A DNA stretch of 55,929 nt, the filler included, from Sluysia triapertura (taxonomy: Eukaryota): the NCBI GenBank assembly GCA_046118255.1. It is 3 parts of 3 records of this genome, joined end to end, with 100 filler letters (N's around TTAATTAATTAA, not from the genome) between each part and the next. Parts side by side here need not be neighbours in the genome. Positions count along the whole stretch, not along the records: positions 29,088 to 55,929 come from JBJNIA010110867.1; 2 more parts are not named here. One strand, given 5' to 3'. The notes below the pieces were generated by a model. It searched no databases and was not told the origin of the DNA. It saw nothing but the letters and a program-made list of their open reading frames with translations. Position numbers and translations under genes: made by a program. Shown piece by piece: positions 37,696 to 51,350 of this stretch (position 1 is the first letter of the stretch; every line of letters begins with the position of its first letter).

Positions 37696-40616
37696 TTATT
37701 TCTTTTAATTACCTTGTCTACAACTTAAAGTTTTATTTTATTTTAGACTCTTAAGTGCAAGAAAGGCTTCGTGACATCCGTAGAACAGAAATAACAAAAA
37801 TAAAATTTTTTAATGTAATAATGTATAATAATGTATAATCGTCAATTTGTTTTTAATTGTTGTCCGTAATCTTTTAATAAGAAAACGCAGTAATAAATTA
37901 AAAATTAACATTCCTAAAGAATTTATAAAGGAATTCGTATTTTACAATTTAAATAAATTTTATTTTAATGCTAAATTGCAATTTGAAAAGAATTTACAAC
38001 TAATTTTGCGTATTATAAAGTGAGCTCTCTATGATACTGGACTTACTCACTGAAAAGAGATTAATACAGGAGGTAAATATATGTTATATGTAACTTCTTA
38101 TTTTGGTACAACAATTATTATTATTTTAATAACTAATAACTTTTCAAATACCTTTATTAATCACAAAATAAATATTGTTGGTACACTTAATCAAACGATA
38201 TTAGAAAATTACAAAGTAAATGTTAATAATCAATAGTATAATTAATTTCAATAAAATCAAAAGATATTAAAGGATCTATAATGTAAATGATAATAAATTG
38301 ATAGTATAATTGATTATAGTAAAATGAAATGATATTACAAGAACTTTAACCTAAATGTTGCTTAATAGTACAATTCATTATAAAATCAAACGATATATAA
38401 AAATGTTGAGTTAAAAAAATTATCAGACGAAATAAATTTATATTAATTTTAATTGATTTTTCAAAAAATTCAAAATAATAAGTTCAATTGTTAATTTTAT
38501 AAGTAATAAAATTACAACTTTTATAAGGTGTCAATATTATTAATTTTAATAAATTATTATTTAAAGATTCGTTTTTATAATATTATCAAAAATTCAAAGT
38601 ATTAAATTCAATTATTAATTAAACTTCGTTACATAAAATTACGATTTTTATAATATTTGTTACAGTAAATTTTAAAAATAAATGTATGTGGTATAAAATT
38701 ATTCTAAATTTTAACTTAATTTGAGTGGATATTATGATAATTAAATTTAGTCTTAAGAATGAAAAACTAACGATTATATCTCTTTAACTATAAATCCTTC
38801 CAAAAAATAAAATTTTTCTAGAATTAAAATAATATTAGTCTTCTTTACGGTTAACGTTTCAACTACGGATCCTTCCAAAAATTTCCAAAATTAAAATAAT
38901 ATAAATCTTCTTTTTGTTAAGGTTTCTTTCCAAAAATTACAACAAATTACTTGTTAAAATCATAGAAATTGTTAAAAATTATTAAAAATTATTAAAAATG
39001 TTAATGTGTTATTTACCATATTTTGATTGATCTCAACCAACTTTTATTATGACACACAAGATATATTTAGGTATTATACTTTTACGATTTATTTTTAACA
39101 CTTTAAATAAAATATAATTAATAATAAAATATAACAGTTTAATAATAAAAATATAGTAATTTAATAATAATAGTCAAAATAAAAATTAATGCCACATTAA
39201 ACTAAAATTAAATAATAAATAAATCATTACATAAATTGAAATCATAAAAATATAACAAGGATATGACCAGGAGCGACGCAACAAAATATTAATTATTATT
39301 CACAATTATTTCTTAATAATAATCAAATATAAATTTCCAAAAAAAAACAAAAAACTATTCTAATAAAATTCCCCAAAAATATTATTATTTTTAATTATAA
39401 AATAAATTCAAAAATTGCTTAAATCAAAAATAGCATGGATCTTCTCATTTGCATTGTTAATCGTTGTTGTTACTGTTGTGTTGTTGGTGTGAGGTAAAAT
39501 ATTTTGATATTCCTTTTTCTATTTTCTCATCATCCAACCATTCCCAAAATTTTGATTAAACATTCTCTCACACAAATCACTGAAACATTCTTTGAGAATT
39601 AATCCGACAATAATAACTTTGACAGTTACATGGTACAGACTGTCAAAGTTTATTAGATACTAAACACAAAAAATTGATTTAGGATTATCTATTATTTTCC
39701 TTTACTCTACTCAATCTACTTTTACTTAAATTAATATCATATTAATATAATAATCATTATTATTGTTAACATAAATAAAAAATAATGAATTTAATTTTAG
39801 TTTTCAGAATTTAAATGATTTTCGGTTTTTCACACCAAATTTTCTAATGAGAAATGTTTTAAGCTTCCTATTCTCAAACGAACAATTTTTCAAACATTTC
39901 AAACTCACTTCTGAATTCTCCTCTTTCATAGCACCCATTTCATATTCCATTCATCATATTTGCATTACTCTAAGTACTAAAAATTCAACATTCCATAAAT
40001 AAAAATTAATTAAAATTTGACTTTGCTCAATATTAAGGCTTTCCTTGCATGAACTCGATCAAACCATACCTACATCAAAAGGTCTCTCAAAACAAATACA
40101 TGCACAATTTCAAACTTAACATAGCATTCCGCATTGAAGAGTTATTCACAAAAACGTACTTTTTCTTAATTAAGATAATTTATGATAGATTCATTACGTC
40201 AGTCTTTGAAAGGAAAACAAAAAATGCACTATATTTATTTATTGAATATTGTAAGTAATACATAAAATTGAAATAATTATTTAATGATAACGAAAATGAT
40301 CATCACAGTTAAAATTAATTATTTGATAATAATAAAATCACTTTTATTTCTTACATATTATAATGAGAGTAATCACGAAAAAAATGCTTCAAGATAATCA
40401 GTATTGATAATACTAATAATTAGTAGAAGAAGATAACAACAGTGTATTTCTACTAGTTTTCTAAAAATCAAAGATAAAACAATCGAATAAACATCTAAAT
40501 ACATAGTTAGTTATATTTCTAGCGCATCGTCTCATATCGTATTTGTTATTTTAGTAGTTTACTTTGCATTTTACAAATAATAACATAAGGCATGGTTGTG
40601 GTACTGTGTTTCTAAT

Positions 40617-43600
40617 TCAAAACAGCCCAACTTTACGTTTTAAATCATTTCGTTTCCAAATCGGTAAACGTATAAAATCGTTCTGATTTAAACCGAATAT
40701 TAATTGAAATTCATAGGTTGATAAATATTTCTGAAATTATTAAACTTTTTATTATTAGTTACTTATTATAATAAGTAGAACATTGTTTTAAATAATTAAC
40801 TAGCTGGCAATGAAAAATTAATTGTCAATTATGATCGGATGTTGGAAGATTTTTTAAGGCGGATAATGAAATGACATAATAATCATTTACTCTAAAAGAT
40901 TGTATTAATTGGTGCTGTCAGAATCGCGTTTCCTTTTAATTTATTTTAAATTGGCAAACAAAACTGATAATAAATGATATTACTTATAGAGGCAACTCTT
41001 ATCTGTGCTCGAAAATAAATGAAACAAACAAACCTCCAAATTATTAAAATCTAATCCTCGGGGATAGTTAGTTTTAGATCCGAGCTTCAAACTGTCACTT
41101 CGGGCAAACTGAACCAGATCAGAATATGGTATAGTATCAGGATCTTTCGAATAATTCATCTAAATAAATAAGATGAATCATTTTTAAATCTCTAAAACAA
41201 TTACAAGACGAAATTAATCTTTCGTGTTCACACGGATCAGTCGAACATGCCCAAATATGTATGGGAAGATTTTCAGTTATAACCTGGGTACTTCTCAAAC
41301 TGAGAGTTTTGTTGACCTAGAGTAAGGGTCTAATGAAGAAAATGCGTGGATGCGAAGGGATATTTTAAATTTTGAGCAAAAATATTCATCAGAAAGATAT
41401 TTGCTTCAAATAGTGCCACTTTTTGATTAAAATAAATATTTGTTCAATTTTTTATTTCTTAAATCAACTAATAAATACCACTCAAATTGGCAACTAACGC
41501 TATTTAAAACATAATTAGCAGCGTCATCGTCATCATCACCGTCGCAAGTATCACCCGTGAATTCCAAGCCTAATTGTGGATACTGTGACAACTGGGAACC
41601 ACGTGTCATAGATGCAGAAGTACATGGACTTACTTGACGTCTTCGTCTAGTTATTTTTAGACCTGTAACAGGATCAAGGCCTTGTGAATCATCATCTTGA
41701 TTCGCTGTTCTAGAATCAGCGACGAGTGGTTGAATACCTTCTGAATCTAATTTAATAAGGATATTTCGAATTGTTATAATATTCTAGGTATTATTTATAA
41801 AATAATAAGATGTTAGAAAGGCAATTTATTAAATCTTAAAATAAAAAGTATAAGGTAGTAGCAATTTATTTTATAGCTATTAGTTACTTACAATAGTAAA
41901 TAAGTAGGAAGTAAAACTATAACAGATTAGTAATAAAAGTTTCAGTGACTTACAATGTTCAGTTAATGAAGCGGTACTAGGCACCAAAGTGTCATGACTT
42001 ATGCTTTGTAACAATTTGCTACCATTAGTACTCATACTGGTGGCAGTTGTAATGCTTGTTACACTGGAACTGTTGTTTTGATTGCTATTATTACTTTGTT
42101 TTTCAATTTGATTTGTCGGCTTAATTCCACAATCAGTTGATTGGTCCATTATCGAATATAGGGGATTGTTGGACATCGAATTAATCAAACCACTACCAAT
42201 TAACGATTCCGACACATGCGACGTTGTATTTTCTATTAAATAAGTATTAACTTTAACGTAAAACAATTTAACCCTAATGGTACCACGATCTGACTCAGAG
42301 TCACATTTGATCTGTTAATTTTCATTAGTGTTTCAGAGTCACATCGTGGTTTGATTCGTTAAAAAACAAAAAGATGATTGGCTATGGTATGAAGAAGTGC
42401 AGGCGAGCTTCATCGATGGTGATAAAATGTCCTGGTAATTACATTTCATAAGCAACAATGTGAGCAAATCAAGTATACGGGAAAACAGTAAGGATTTTGA
42501 GAAAAATTAAAAAATATAATAAACTTGTATTTCATTTATTATTTGTTTAAATAATAACAAGTTTTTTCGTGACTAGGAACATCTAATAATGCAAACACAA
42601 ATTGTTTTTCAATGATTTATTTAAATATCATCTGAGAATGAAACAAGTAAAATAGACGATAACCAATAATAACTCATCCAACATTTTTCTATTAAATAAA
42701 TGAATAAATAAGTATACACACATTATGTATTAAGCATTCTATAAAATGTTTGTGTGTATTGTAGTTTCATCTATTATGCCAAGTTTTGTTTAAGATTGAC
42801 GAAGGTTTTTAAGGATTTTTTCATTCGATCGAGTTCCAGTGTGTTTTTGATAGTCCCTTCAAATTTGGTTTTGAAGTTAATAAAGCGGAAATGATTGTTG
42901 ATGTGGTTTTACTTAACATGCTTAAGGCTCGTCCACAAAATCTTTATTCACTTTACAACACTGTTTTCAATTAAAACTTGATCAGAATATTTTGTTCAAA
43001 TATATTATCTCTTGTGAGCCACAGATGAGATTGGGTTAGAAAATAATATATAATGTAATAATATGATAAAATGTAAAGTTGCAATGAATTATTCGATATT
43101 CCTTTCATGATTATTAATTATTACTTATGTTATTTTAAAATTTTCATTATTGTCACAATGTATTTCAGATATATCCCTGGCATATTTGTGTCTTGCATCA
43201 TCTTCGAGAAATGAGACAATATATAACCTTTACAACTTGTTTATATGAAGACTACTTATTTCCCTGTAGGCTTACCACTCGATCTACTGCAAATTCATGT
43301 AAATGTAGAATGAAAATCATTATTATTATTATTATAAACCCCCCAAATAATAATTAACCTTTAGAAACACATCGAGCCATAAATGGTCGTGTTGTGGAGC
43401 TAATATAGTCCATAGAAAATCCAAAATTGCGAGTCCTGTTTTTCAAATACAACAAATCTCGAGAGTTAGCTGGAAAAATAAGAAGCAGTCAAATTCGAAT
43501 TATTTAAAATACGCATAATTTGATAATATTATTTTTAATAGAAGATACATTCGACATTACTTGGTAAGCTGTGAAAAATCCTAAATGTAAGACGATGAGA

Positions 43601-46600
43601 AAGAAAGAGGATTATTAAAATGGAGAAAATAGAAAACGGCGAATAAAAGTAATGCTAACTGATGACATTAGATGAAAGTATTTTCGAAAAAATACAGCGA
43701 AAATACCAACAATTCCAAAACATTAAAACAGTAAATTTTTGTAATTTAAATAAATGTTTGTGCATTTTGTATTTTTAATTTGATTGGTTAACGATTTTTA
43801 AAGAATTTTACTAATGCATACATAGGCTATAGATAATTTGATAACTCTACGACAGGCAGATTATTTGGAAAATTTCTTTCAACATTTTTCGATTTTCTTG
43901 TTTTACAATTTGATTATATAAACAACTTTTGATGACATAATAATATTGACGAAAATATGTTTTGTAACATTCATTGTTAATTTAATTAAATGCATGCTGC
44001 AGTCTTCTCATCTGTTAAGAACTTTCATGTCCATATTTCATTGGCACATCATGGCTTCTCAATAAGCTGCATCAGAAAGAAACTTAAGTTGTTAGTGTTT
44101 TTAATACCCTTTAAAGACGCTAACTTACTACCTTCTATTGCAAGAATTGTATAAACATTTCGAAATTGTTATGACCAAACTTTCGAGCTGATTGGATGAT
44201 ATAAAAAATTTAGCCCACACACATGCATTACTCTGCTAGTCGTCCTTTTGGACTACCTTTTCACGTCCATCAATAATGTCGTGATTGCCGAACTAGAGTG
44301 GTTGGTATAGATCGAATTATATCGTGACGCTTAACCAAATGCAACATATATTTTGTCAGCACATCTATTTTCCATTGAGGGTTGAAGGTTGGATACATGA
44401 CAAAAAGTTAAAATTATTTCCTTACCAAAAAATGTAAAAGTACTTTCTTTATTAATATAACAACATTCTAGAATAGTACGAGAACTATAATGTTATTACA
44501 CCACGTAGAGGAGTCACAGTTTTCATGAATAAATCAAAGAACGTTTCCTATCACTTCATTGGATATCCCAATCAAATTATTACAATATGGATATTGTTTT
44601 CATAACACACAAATTTTATTAACCGAGGAAACATTTCTACGCACAATCATATATTTTTGAGTCATTTTTTGCCTCAAAAAGAGTGAAACATGGTGTCTAA
44701 TCGTTCTAATTAATGAATTGTTATTTACATTCGAGGCACCTTATTTTGGAAGGTTTAAATTTAAGTATTTATTCACAAATATTACGAATCCAGTTAAAAA
44801 ATAATCCGAAAGAAATATAAATTTCCTTAAAGTTTATAAATCTGACATTTACACGAGTAAAGAAATATATCACTTGTGCCAATAAAATTGAAGAAAAAGC
44901 ATTTTTTATCAATTAACAATTGACTGTAAAATGACGGATCTGGAATGTGGCATCTAATTGAAGACTAACTTCAAAATGATTCGGAAAATAATCTGTTTCA
45001 CAGTCACACCATTTATAGTATGACTTTATCAAAATAATTGTGTATTCCGAGAAACTGTTTATTTAGAATTTTATGCATGATTTTACTGCTGCTAGTGCCA
45101 ATAATGTCAAAATAATCTTTATTTGTAGATATGTCATTAATTATTTTCATAACTACAACTACTATTCATAGTTCGGTTAATGGCGAGTTTCATCAACAGT
45201 TAAGTCATTTTAATCGATTTATGCATTACGATAATGTGACTACTTTCTTCTACAATATTACAATTCATTTTTGCATTCATGGTTTTTTGTCCTGCCTGAT
45301 TGTTATTTTATTGAAGCACTTGTAAAAATAAAAAAGCATTTATAAAACATAACGTGTTTTTCAAGGACTATTTTAAACAATACGTTATTAAAATGAATTA
45401 TAATTAGTATAAACAGAAAACATTGCCAATTGTTGCTACAGTAACATGTTAATATATTTTTTATAATCTTTATTTGTTTAGTATGTTATCCAAGTTGCTT
45501 TTTCGACAGACTGACTCTCACGAATAACATCTAGAAAATTAAATCAAATATAATATCACAAAATGTAACCATCAACTTATAATAGTAACTTATCTTACAC
45601 TTATCAAAATGATCTCGAAATCGCATTTGAATACTGGGTTCTTTCTTGGCATCTGGTGTTCGAGAAGCGGATATGATTTGCTGATTTAATTTTCTTAGAG
45701 ATTGCCCTTTATCTGGTCCATAGAGCATCTGTTAATAAATTATTTCTCTTAATATAAACAAAATCAATGTCTATTCTTAATCACTAACAAACTCTGTACA
45801 AAAAATAATTCAATAATAGAAAAGGTACAGAAAGAATATATGCACACCAATGATGACTCATACATAATTCAATACACACACAGGCACAAAACCAACTTAT
45901 TACTCATCGTAGACCATTCATATTTAAAATATTTCTCTCTCCATTATTCACCTCAACTTATCTTCTATCAACAAATACGCCGAAAGTTAACTATGTACTT
46001 TTATAAACTACAATAAAAGTACATAAAATGTTTATTATTGTTCGTAAAACATTACTCAAATGATAGATGGTGAAATGAGATAGATATACAGAGAAATAGT
46101 TCATATGCGAATTAAATAAATCACCACTACCACCATTACATTATCAATGTCATCATTGTTGTTGTAGTAATTGTAATCAACATTATCATTGACATAATAA
46201 ACAAACTTTGTTAAAGATAAACAAAATTCAATATTTTCGAAAAGAAAATCTAATTAACTATGAAATTATTGTTCAATTTTCTTTATAAAATAAAACTATG
46301 TTTTATTAAATTAATAAAAAAGTTATAAATTTCTGTTATAAATATCTAATAATAAAACTGTCGAGCATTATTTTTATGAAACAGAAATCTTCAGAGTTAT
46401 AAATATGTTTATCAATTAAAATTCAGTCTCTATGAATAAATAAATCAAAGATTTTGCCGAAACTTTTTTATTTTTACTTATACACGAATAACCGCTTTTC
46501 ATAGTGGCCTCGATTCAATGATAATATTAATAGTTTAATACCATTGTTGCACGAACATCTTCTGCAGATTATATCTCAGCTGCTTCTGTTCAACTAAAAA

Positions 46601-49102
46601 TGGTGTGGAAAATTCCAATAGAAAGTTGTGCTTCTATAATTGTGCATTTTCTATGTTACTCTGTCACAATATTTCCATCATATAGAAGTTTGTTTCTGTC
46701 ATTTCTTTGGAGATTTATTATAGCTCTTTTGCAAGTTAAACCAATTTAAAATATAAATAAACAATCTAAGGGTTTACAGTTAATAAAATGAATAATTGTT
46801 GCTGAAACAATTTACTTTTCTCGCTCGTTATGGTCTTGTAATAGTCATTCTTTCAAAGACTTCTTTATTATTTTTTTTCTACTATATATAATACTCTCTA
46901 TCGTCGTTATTGAAATATTTATCAGCACATTTCTTGATCCTGATAATTTACCAAACTCTGAACTTATTGTGAGCTATACTTCTTAAATCAAATAATGATT
47001 GGGCGACCTGACTACTTAATGCAATGATATTAATAACAAAGACAATAGCAGTCTGTTATGGATATATTATGCTTGCAAAGTTAATTTAGATTCTAGGATT
47101 CCAAGAATACACAGTTCTACACTCTTTGAAATGGACCTCCAAAGTAGAACCCCAATATTTATTTTCATGTTCAATAGAAACTAATGACATTGAAAGATTC
47201 ATCTGTAAGAAGCTTTTATTATTTGATTTGTAGTAAATTGTGTTAAAATTTCTGTATGTTTCGGATATCAGTATTTTTATCTATTATTTTACTCTCACCA
47301 TACATTTTTGGAGAAAGTAGTTATTTTCCAACATTTCACATTTTCCGTGACATTGTTTGTATACACTTTTGATTAATAGTTTCATAGTATCCTTGGAAAA
47401 TGTTGAATTTTATCACAAAAGTTGTCTAAGTTGGCCACCAATATATATATATATATATATATATAACATTTCAAACATGACGGTCACCGACATTCTATTC
47501 ATGTTTCGATTAATGACTTCACTTCTAACCATTGATTGGGCCTCTTAAATTATTTCAATGGCTCTCAAGACTATTACTTAAATTTGACAATCACTTATAA
47601 TAATAATGATAATAATAATAATTATTATTATTATTGTCGATTTTATAAAGAAAAATAGACAAATTATTATCATACCTGGATTAATTTTTGAGCTCTTTGG
47701 TACGATTTTTGATTGGTTAATTGATCCATAGATTGACTATGATTAGCCAAGTCCGACGAAATGAATTGAGTACCGTCACCAATATCGGAAATAGAAGAAG
47801 GTAGTTTTGTTTCATCAAGCATTCGTTGTAGCACTGAAGGATTTCAATGAAAATCGTTAATTATACTCTGTAATATGCATCTGTAACTATTAGTAATGGA
47901 CAAAACTCAATTTTCTGGACACCTTGTGAAATGGCTGTACTACACTAATCAAAATACATGTTCTTACTACAACATTATCCATTTGTGAATCACATTTAAT
48001 AAAATATTGTTTCAATAGTGTGTTTATGTGTAATGATTATAAAAGATAGACCGGAAGAAAGATAATCAAATGCACCATTATCTAATGTTTATCTAATGAA
48101 TTATTATTATTATTATTATTACAGGGTTCCGTCCCTATTTCAATTTTGTTATAATTATTAAATTTTATCGATCCTTATTTCATTTATTGTTAATTTAAAA
48201 CTTAAATTTAAATTTAGTAAAACTTAATTATTCTTTTTGCAGTGAAATATGGCCAAATTGAAAAAAGGGCGGAATCCCTTTATTATATTATTATTATCAT
48301 AATCATTATTACTATTACTATTATAATTATAATAATAATTATTATTTTTATCACTATCATTAGTACAAGGTTTTCACCTTATTTCAATTTTGTAATTAAT
48401 TAAGTTTTACAAAATTTAAATAAATTAAATAAGGATTAATAAAATTTAACAATAATTATAACAAAAGTATTACATTATCATTATTATTGTTATTATTATG
48501 TACATCATGTCACCGCTTCGGAAAATACACTTGCAAATGATACATGAACATAATACTGATCGTTTTAGATTAATAAAATGCTCGATAAATAAAAAATAAT
48601 AATGTAAAACAATTGTAATTTGGTAGTTAATTTTGTATTGTATTCTTTTTCAATTCGAATATGTGTTGTTGCTATGAAACGACAACAAGGAATAATATGA
48701 AAAGTTTGAAAATTTCTCCGTACTGGAGAAGCAACTAGTAAATATTTCCTGTGTAACTACAGACAAAGATTAATTAATTAATTAATTAATTTTAATAATT
48801 ATATTGATATTCACAAAAATTACTCTTCTCTCGATAAATAACAGCACTGCACAACGGAGCCGGCCAGTCATCTCTGTCCAGAGCCGGTATCTCATCAGAA
48901 TTGGGAGCCTCTCCAGCCGGATACTTAGCTTGACTGATTATATAGGCCGGATCTTGGATTTCCTCGGACGATACACGATCGCCAGTACTTTGATCAGATT
49001 CCCATAATGTTTCCGCTTGTGCATACTTCGTTCGACCTACAGCCCACAATCGCGGCATCGACAATATGGATGTCAGACGTCCAGCAGTATCGGATATTGA
49101 TT
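40617..49102 (-). CDS. Actin-binding abLIM/UNC-115/dematin-family protein with C-terminal villin headpiece (3' exons; 5' end not identified)
   Basis: Phase-compatible GT-AG exons on the minus strand: 48824-49102 (AKYPAGEAP..IPALDRDDWPAP), 47676-47833, 45599-45728 (SASRTPDAKKEP), 43359-43469, 41954-42232, 41634-41746, optional 41284-41316, 41034-41159 (PYSDL..YPRGLDFNNLE) and 40617-40730 (KYLSTYEFQLIFGLNQNDFIRLPIWKRNDLKRKVGLF*, a canonical villin headpiece). No LIM-domain exons were recognised in the window. Confidence 0.85.
42380..42500 (-). mobile_element. Possible mariner transposase fragment
   Basis: HFITIDEARLHFFIP resembles mariner IVTGDETW.H.Y.P. Confidence 0.3.
43830..44000 (+). mobile_element. 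Possible piggyBac transposase fragment
   Basis: A broken reading DN..TLRQADYL..IFDFLV.QF...NIDENM resembles the DKL..IR...F...TIDE.M region around the first catalytic Asp of piggyBac. Confidence 0.3.
48122..48280. mobile_element. MITE with ~25-bp imperfect terminal inverted repeats
   Basis: CAGGGTTCCGTCCCTATTTCAATTT ... AAATTGAAAAAAGGGCGGAATCCCT, flanked by TA within an (ATT)n tract. A related partial inverted copy lies at ~48365-48465. Confidence 0.65.
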
Positions 49103-49524
49103 CTGACAATAAGGATAACAATATTAATAAGATTATTATTATAATCTTACAATGGAGTTCTCTTATTATTTATTATAAGCATAAACTAGATAGAAGAGAC
49201 GACTGTAGTCTTTAGGGATTATTTCAACATCAAAATAATCTCTGTGTGAATTACAAAAATACGATGTCGATAATTTGTGTATTAGTGAGACAATATTAAA
49301 ACTGGAAAATACAGCATTACCGAAAGATGATTTACTGATGCTTATTAATAAAAAGGAGGTTATTATGAAAATAAAAGTAATTATCGAAGTAAAAAATAAA
49401 CCAATAAGGATAGTAATTCAAGCATGAAAAAAGTGACACTGTTATTTATAACAATAATTATTTTGACAACCACAAAATGTTCATTAAACCTTATTGTGTT
49501 TATGATAATCGGATCAAAATAATT

Positions 49525-49670
49525 GATAATAATAATAATGATAATAATAATAGTAATAATAATAACAATAGTAATGATAATAATATTAATAGTAATGGTA
49601 TTAATGAAATTATCGATAATAGTAATAATTATAGTAATAATAATAACGATAATAATAGTAATGATAATGT
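49525..49670. repeat. Degenerate (AAT/GAT/AGT)n microsatellite
   Basis: Direct reading; it explains the poly-Asn ORF 49477-49677. Confidence 0.85.
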
Positions 49671-50564
49671 AACATAATATTCATCTATTTTTAAATTTAT
49701 AATCTTTCAGAATGTTAAATTTTGGTTGTACTGAATAATTGATTTTACTTTGAATAATTTTAAATTTATACAAGAATTATTTCTATTAATTAAAATCTTT
49801 TCATGATTTAATTTTAATGATAAATGGTGGATGTTACTATCGCAAAGCTTCATCGTTCGATACATTGGAATTTTCAACTATAAATTCAACGGGTTGATCG
49901 ATCTTAAGGCCAAGAAATTCTGACATTTGTAAAACTAAAGGGTCTTGGCTTTTACCAACATTAAACAAAATTAGATTATTTGATGTTGAAAAGCAAACAA
50001 AAAATAATCGTTATGTAGTTCGATAAAGACGCAATCATGAAAGAATTTAATGCATATAGGTGCACCAGGAATTCGAAATTTTACATGAAATTTTGGTTAG
50101 TTTTACAATCGTTGATCATTGAATGTGGTAGTTCACTACTACCTGGTTGGTGACAACTTGTTCTTGAATGAGGTCTCGCATCACATGGATTACGAGACAT
50201 TTTTAAGACACAACAACTCCATAATCACCTATTCTATATATATAAATGTTTTGTTGTAACTAAGAACAAGAAGCAAATTGAATTCATCTATGAATGTAAT
50301 TGGAAGAATAGTTTCTAATAACAATTTTTTAACATTAAATTAAATTCTGAAATATGATATACTGGTTTTAATATTGGCAGTTGCTGACTTCTCCATTCAT
50401 GTAACATGCAATTTTTCCGTCGTTAATCATTTTAATTTTTTAACTTTAGGTCAGCAAACAAGGCATTAAAACAACTAATTAAGATAATGCTAAAAAAATT
50501 TTAATCTATTTTTTAATCGTATTCAACTTTTTAGTTACAAATTGATGATTAGTTGTGCGTTCGT

Positions 50565-51350
50565 CATTGGTTGCTCAACCAGAGAAGAAGACAAAAATAG
50601 CAATGCTAGCTCTGATTGGACATCCAATGGAAGTACTGCAAAGTAATTATAAGACATCTAGCCTAACAGGCAAAATCAATTAACAAAACTGTCAGTGGTC
50701 ATAGTAAGTAGTGTTTATACTACTTTGTTTAATTAACCAAAGACCGCTAGCAGTTACTAAATAAAATAATTAAATGAGAAAGTAACAAAATTAAAAATGG
50801 TGATAATAATAATGTTATTATTATTATTAAATACATAAATCTTGCAAAATATTTTAATAAACACGATCTTCCTTTATTTCTTTCTCGTTCTGAACATATT
50901 TGAATTGTTTAAGATGTTAATTATAGTTCTAACGACGTGAGACTATAAGTTACAATGTTCCAAATGAAATTTAAATGTGTATCAGTGAATTTGAATGTTA
51001 CTTGATGTAATTATGGTTATGTGTGAAATGTTTTCAATGAATTCTTGATTGTCTGTTGTTCATTTGGTAGTGAATTACGAAGTGTTTTCAATTATAGACA
51101 AAATAGACGTACCAAATAAGCGTAGATAATATTTTCAGAATAAGCTAATAAAGAAAGCTTTTATTAATAAAAAAGTGTACCTCTTTTAAGAGAAGTTGCA
51201 CTAGTATTTTGATTTTGTATAGGTAAGGAACATATATTTTTACAATAATAATACTAGATGAAGCTCTTAACATCTACTATCGAATAAGTACGCTGAAACA
51301 TTTAAAATAAATCATTCACAAGAACTTTATCATAAGAACTTTTTCTTAAG
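50565..51350 (-). repeat. Dispersed module X copy 4 (inverted)
   Basis: CCAAT palindrome 50565-50584/50610-50629 (16/20 match), decayed CTAACAG..CTGTCAG pair (~50663-50695), (AAT)n, reverse complement of the AAATATGTT..AAAGGAAGAT.GTGTT motif (~50835-50905), then a G/T-rich arm. Confidence 0.55.

Noticed and set aside
42700-47270. Coding-like intronic patches (42.7-43.0, 44.0-45.3, 46.5-47.3 kb)
   Set aside because: Probably old transposon debris, but no motif was identifiable with enough confidence.
50143-50200. Candidate first exon (MSRNPCDARPH...) of the abLIM-like gene
   Set aside because: It is phase-compatible, but has no family similarity, a weak donor, and lies within the decayed cargo ORF behind module X copy 4.
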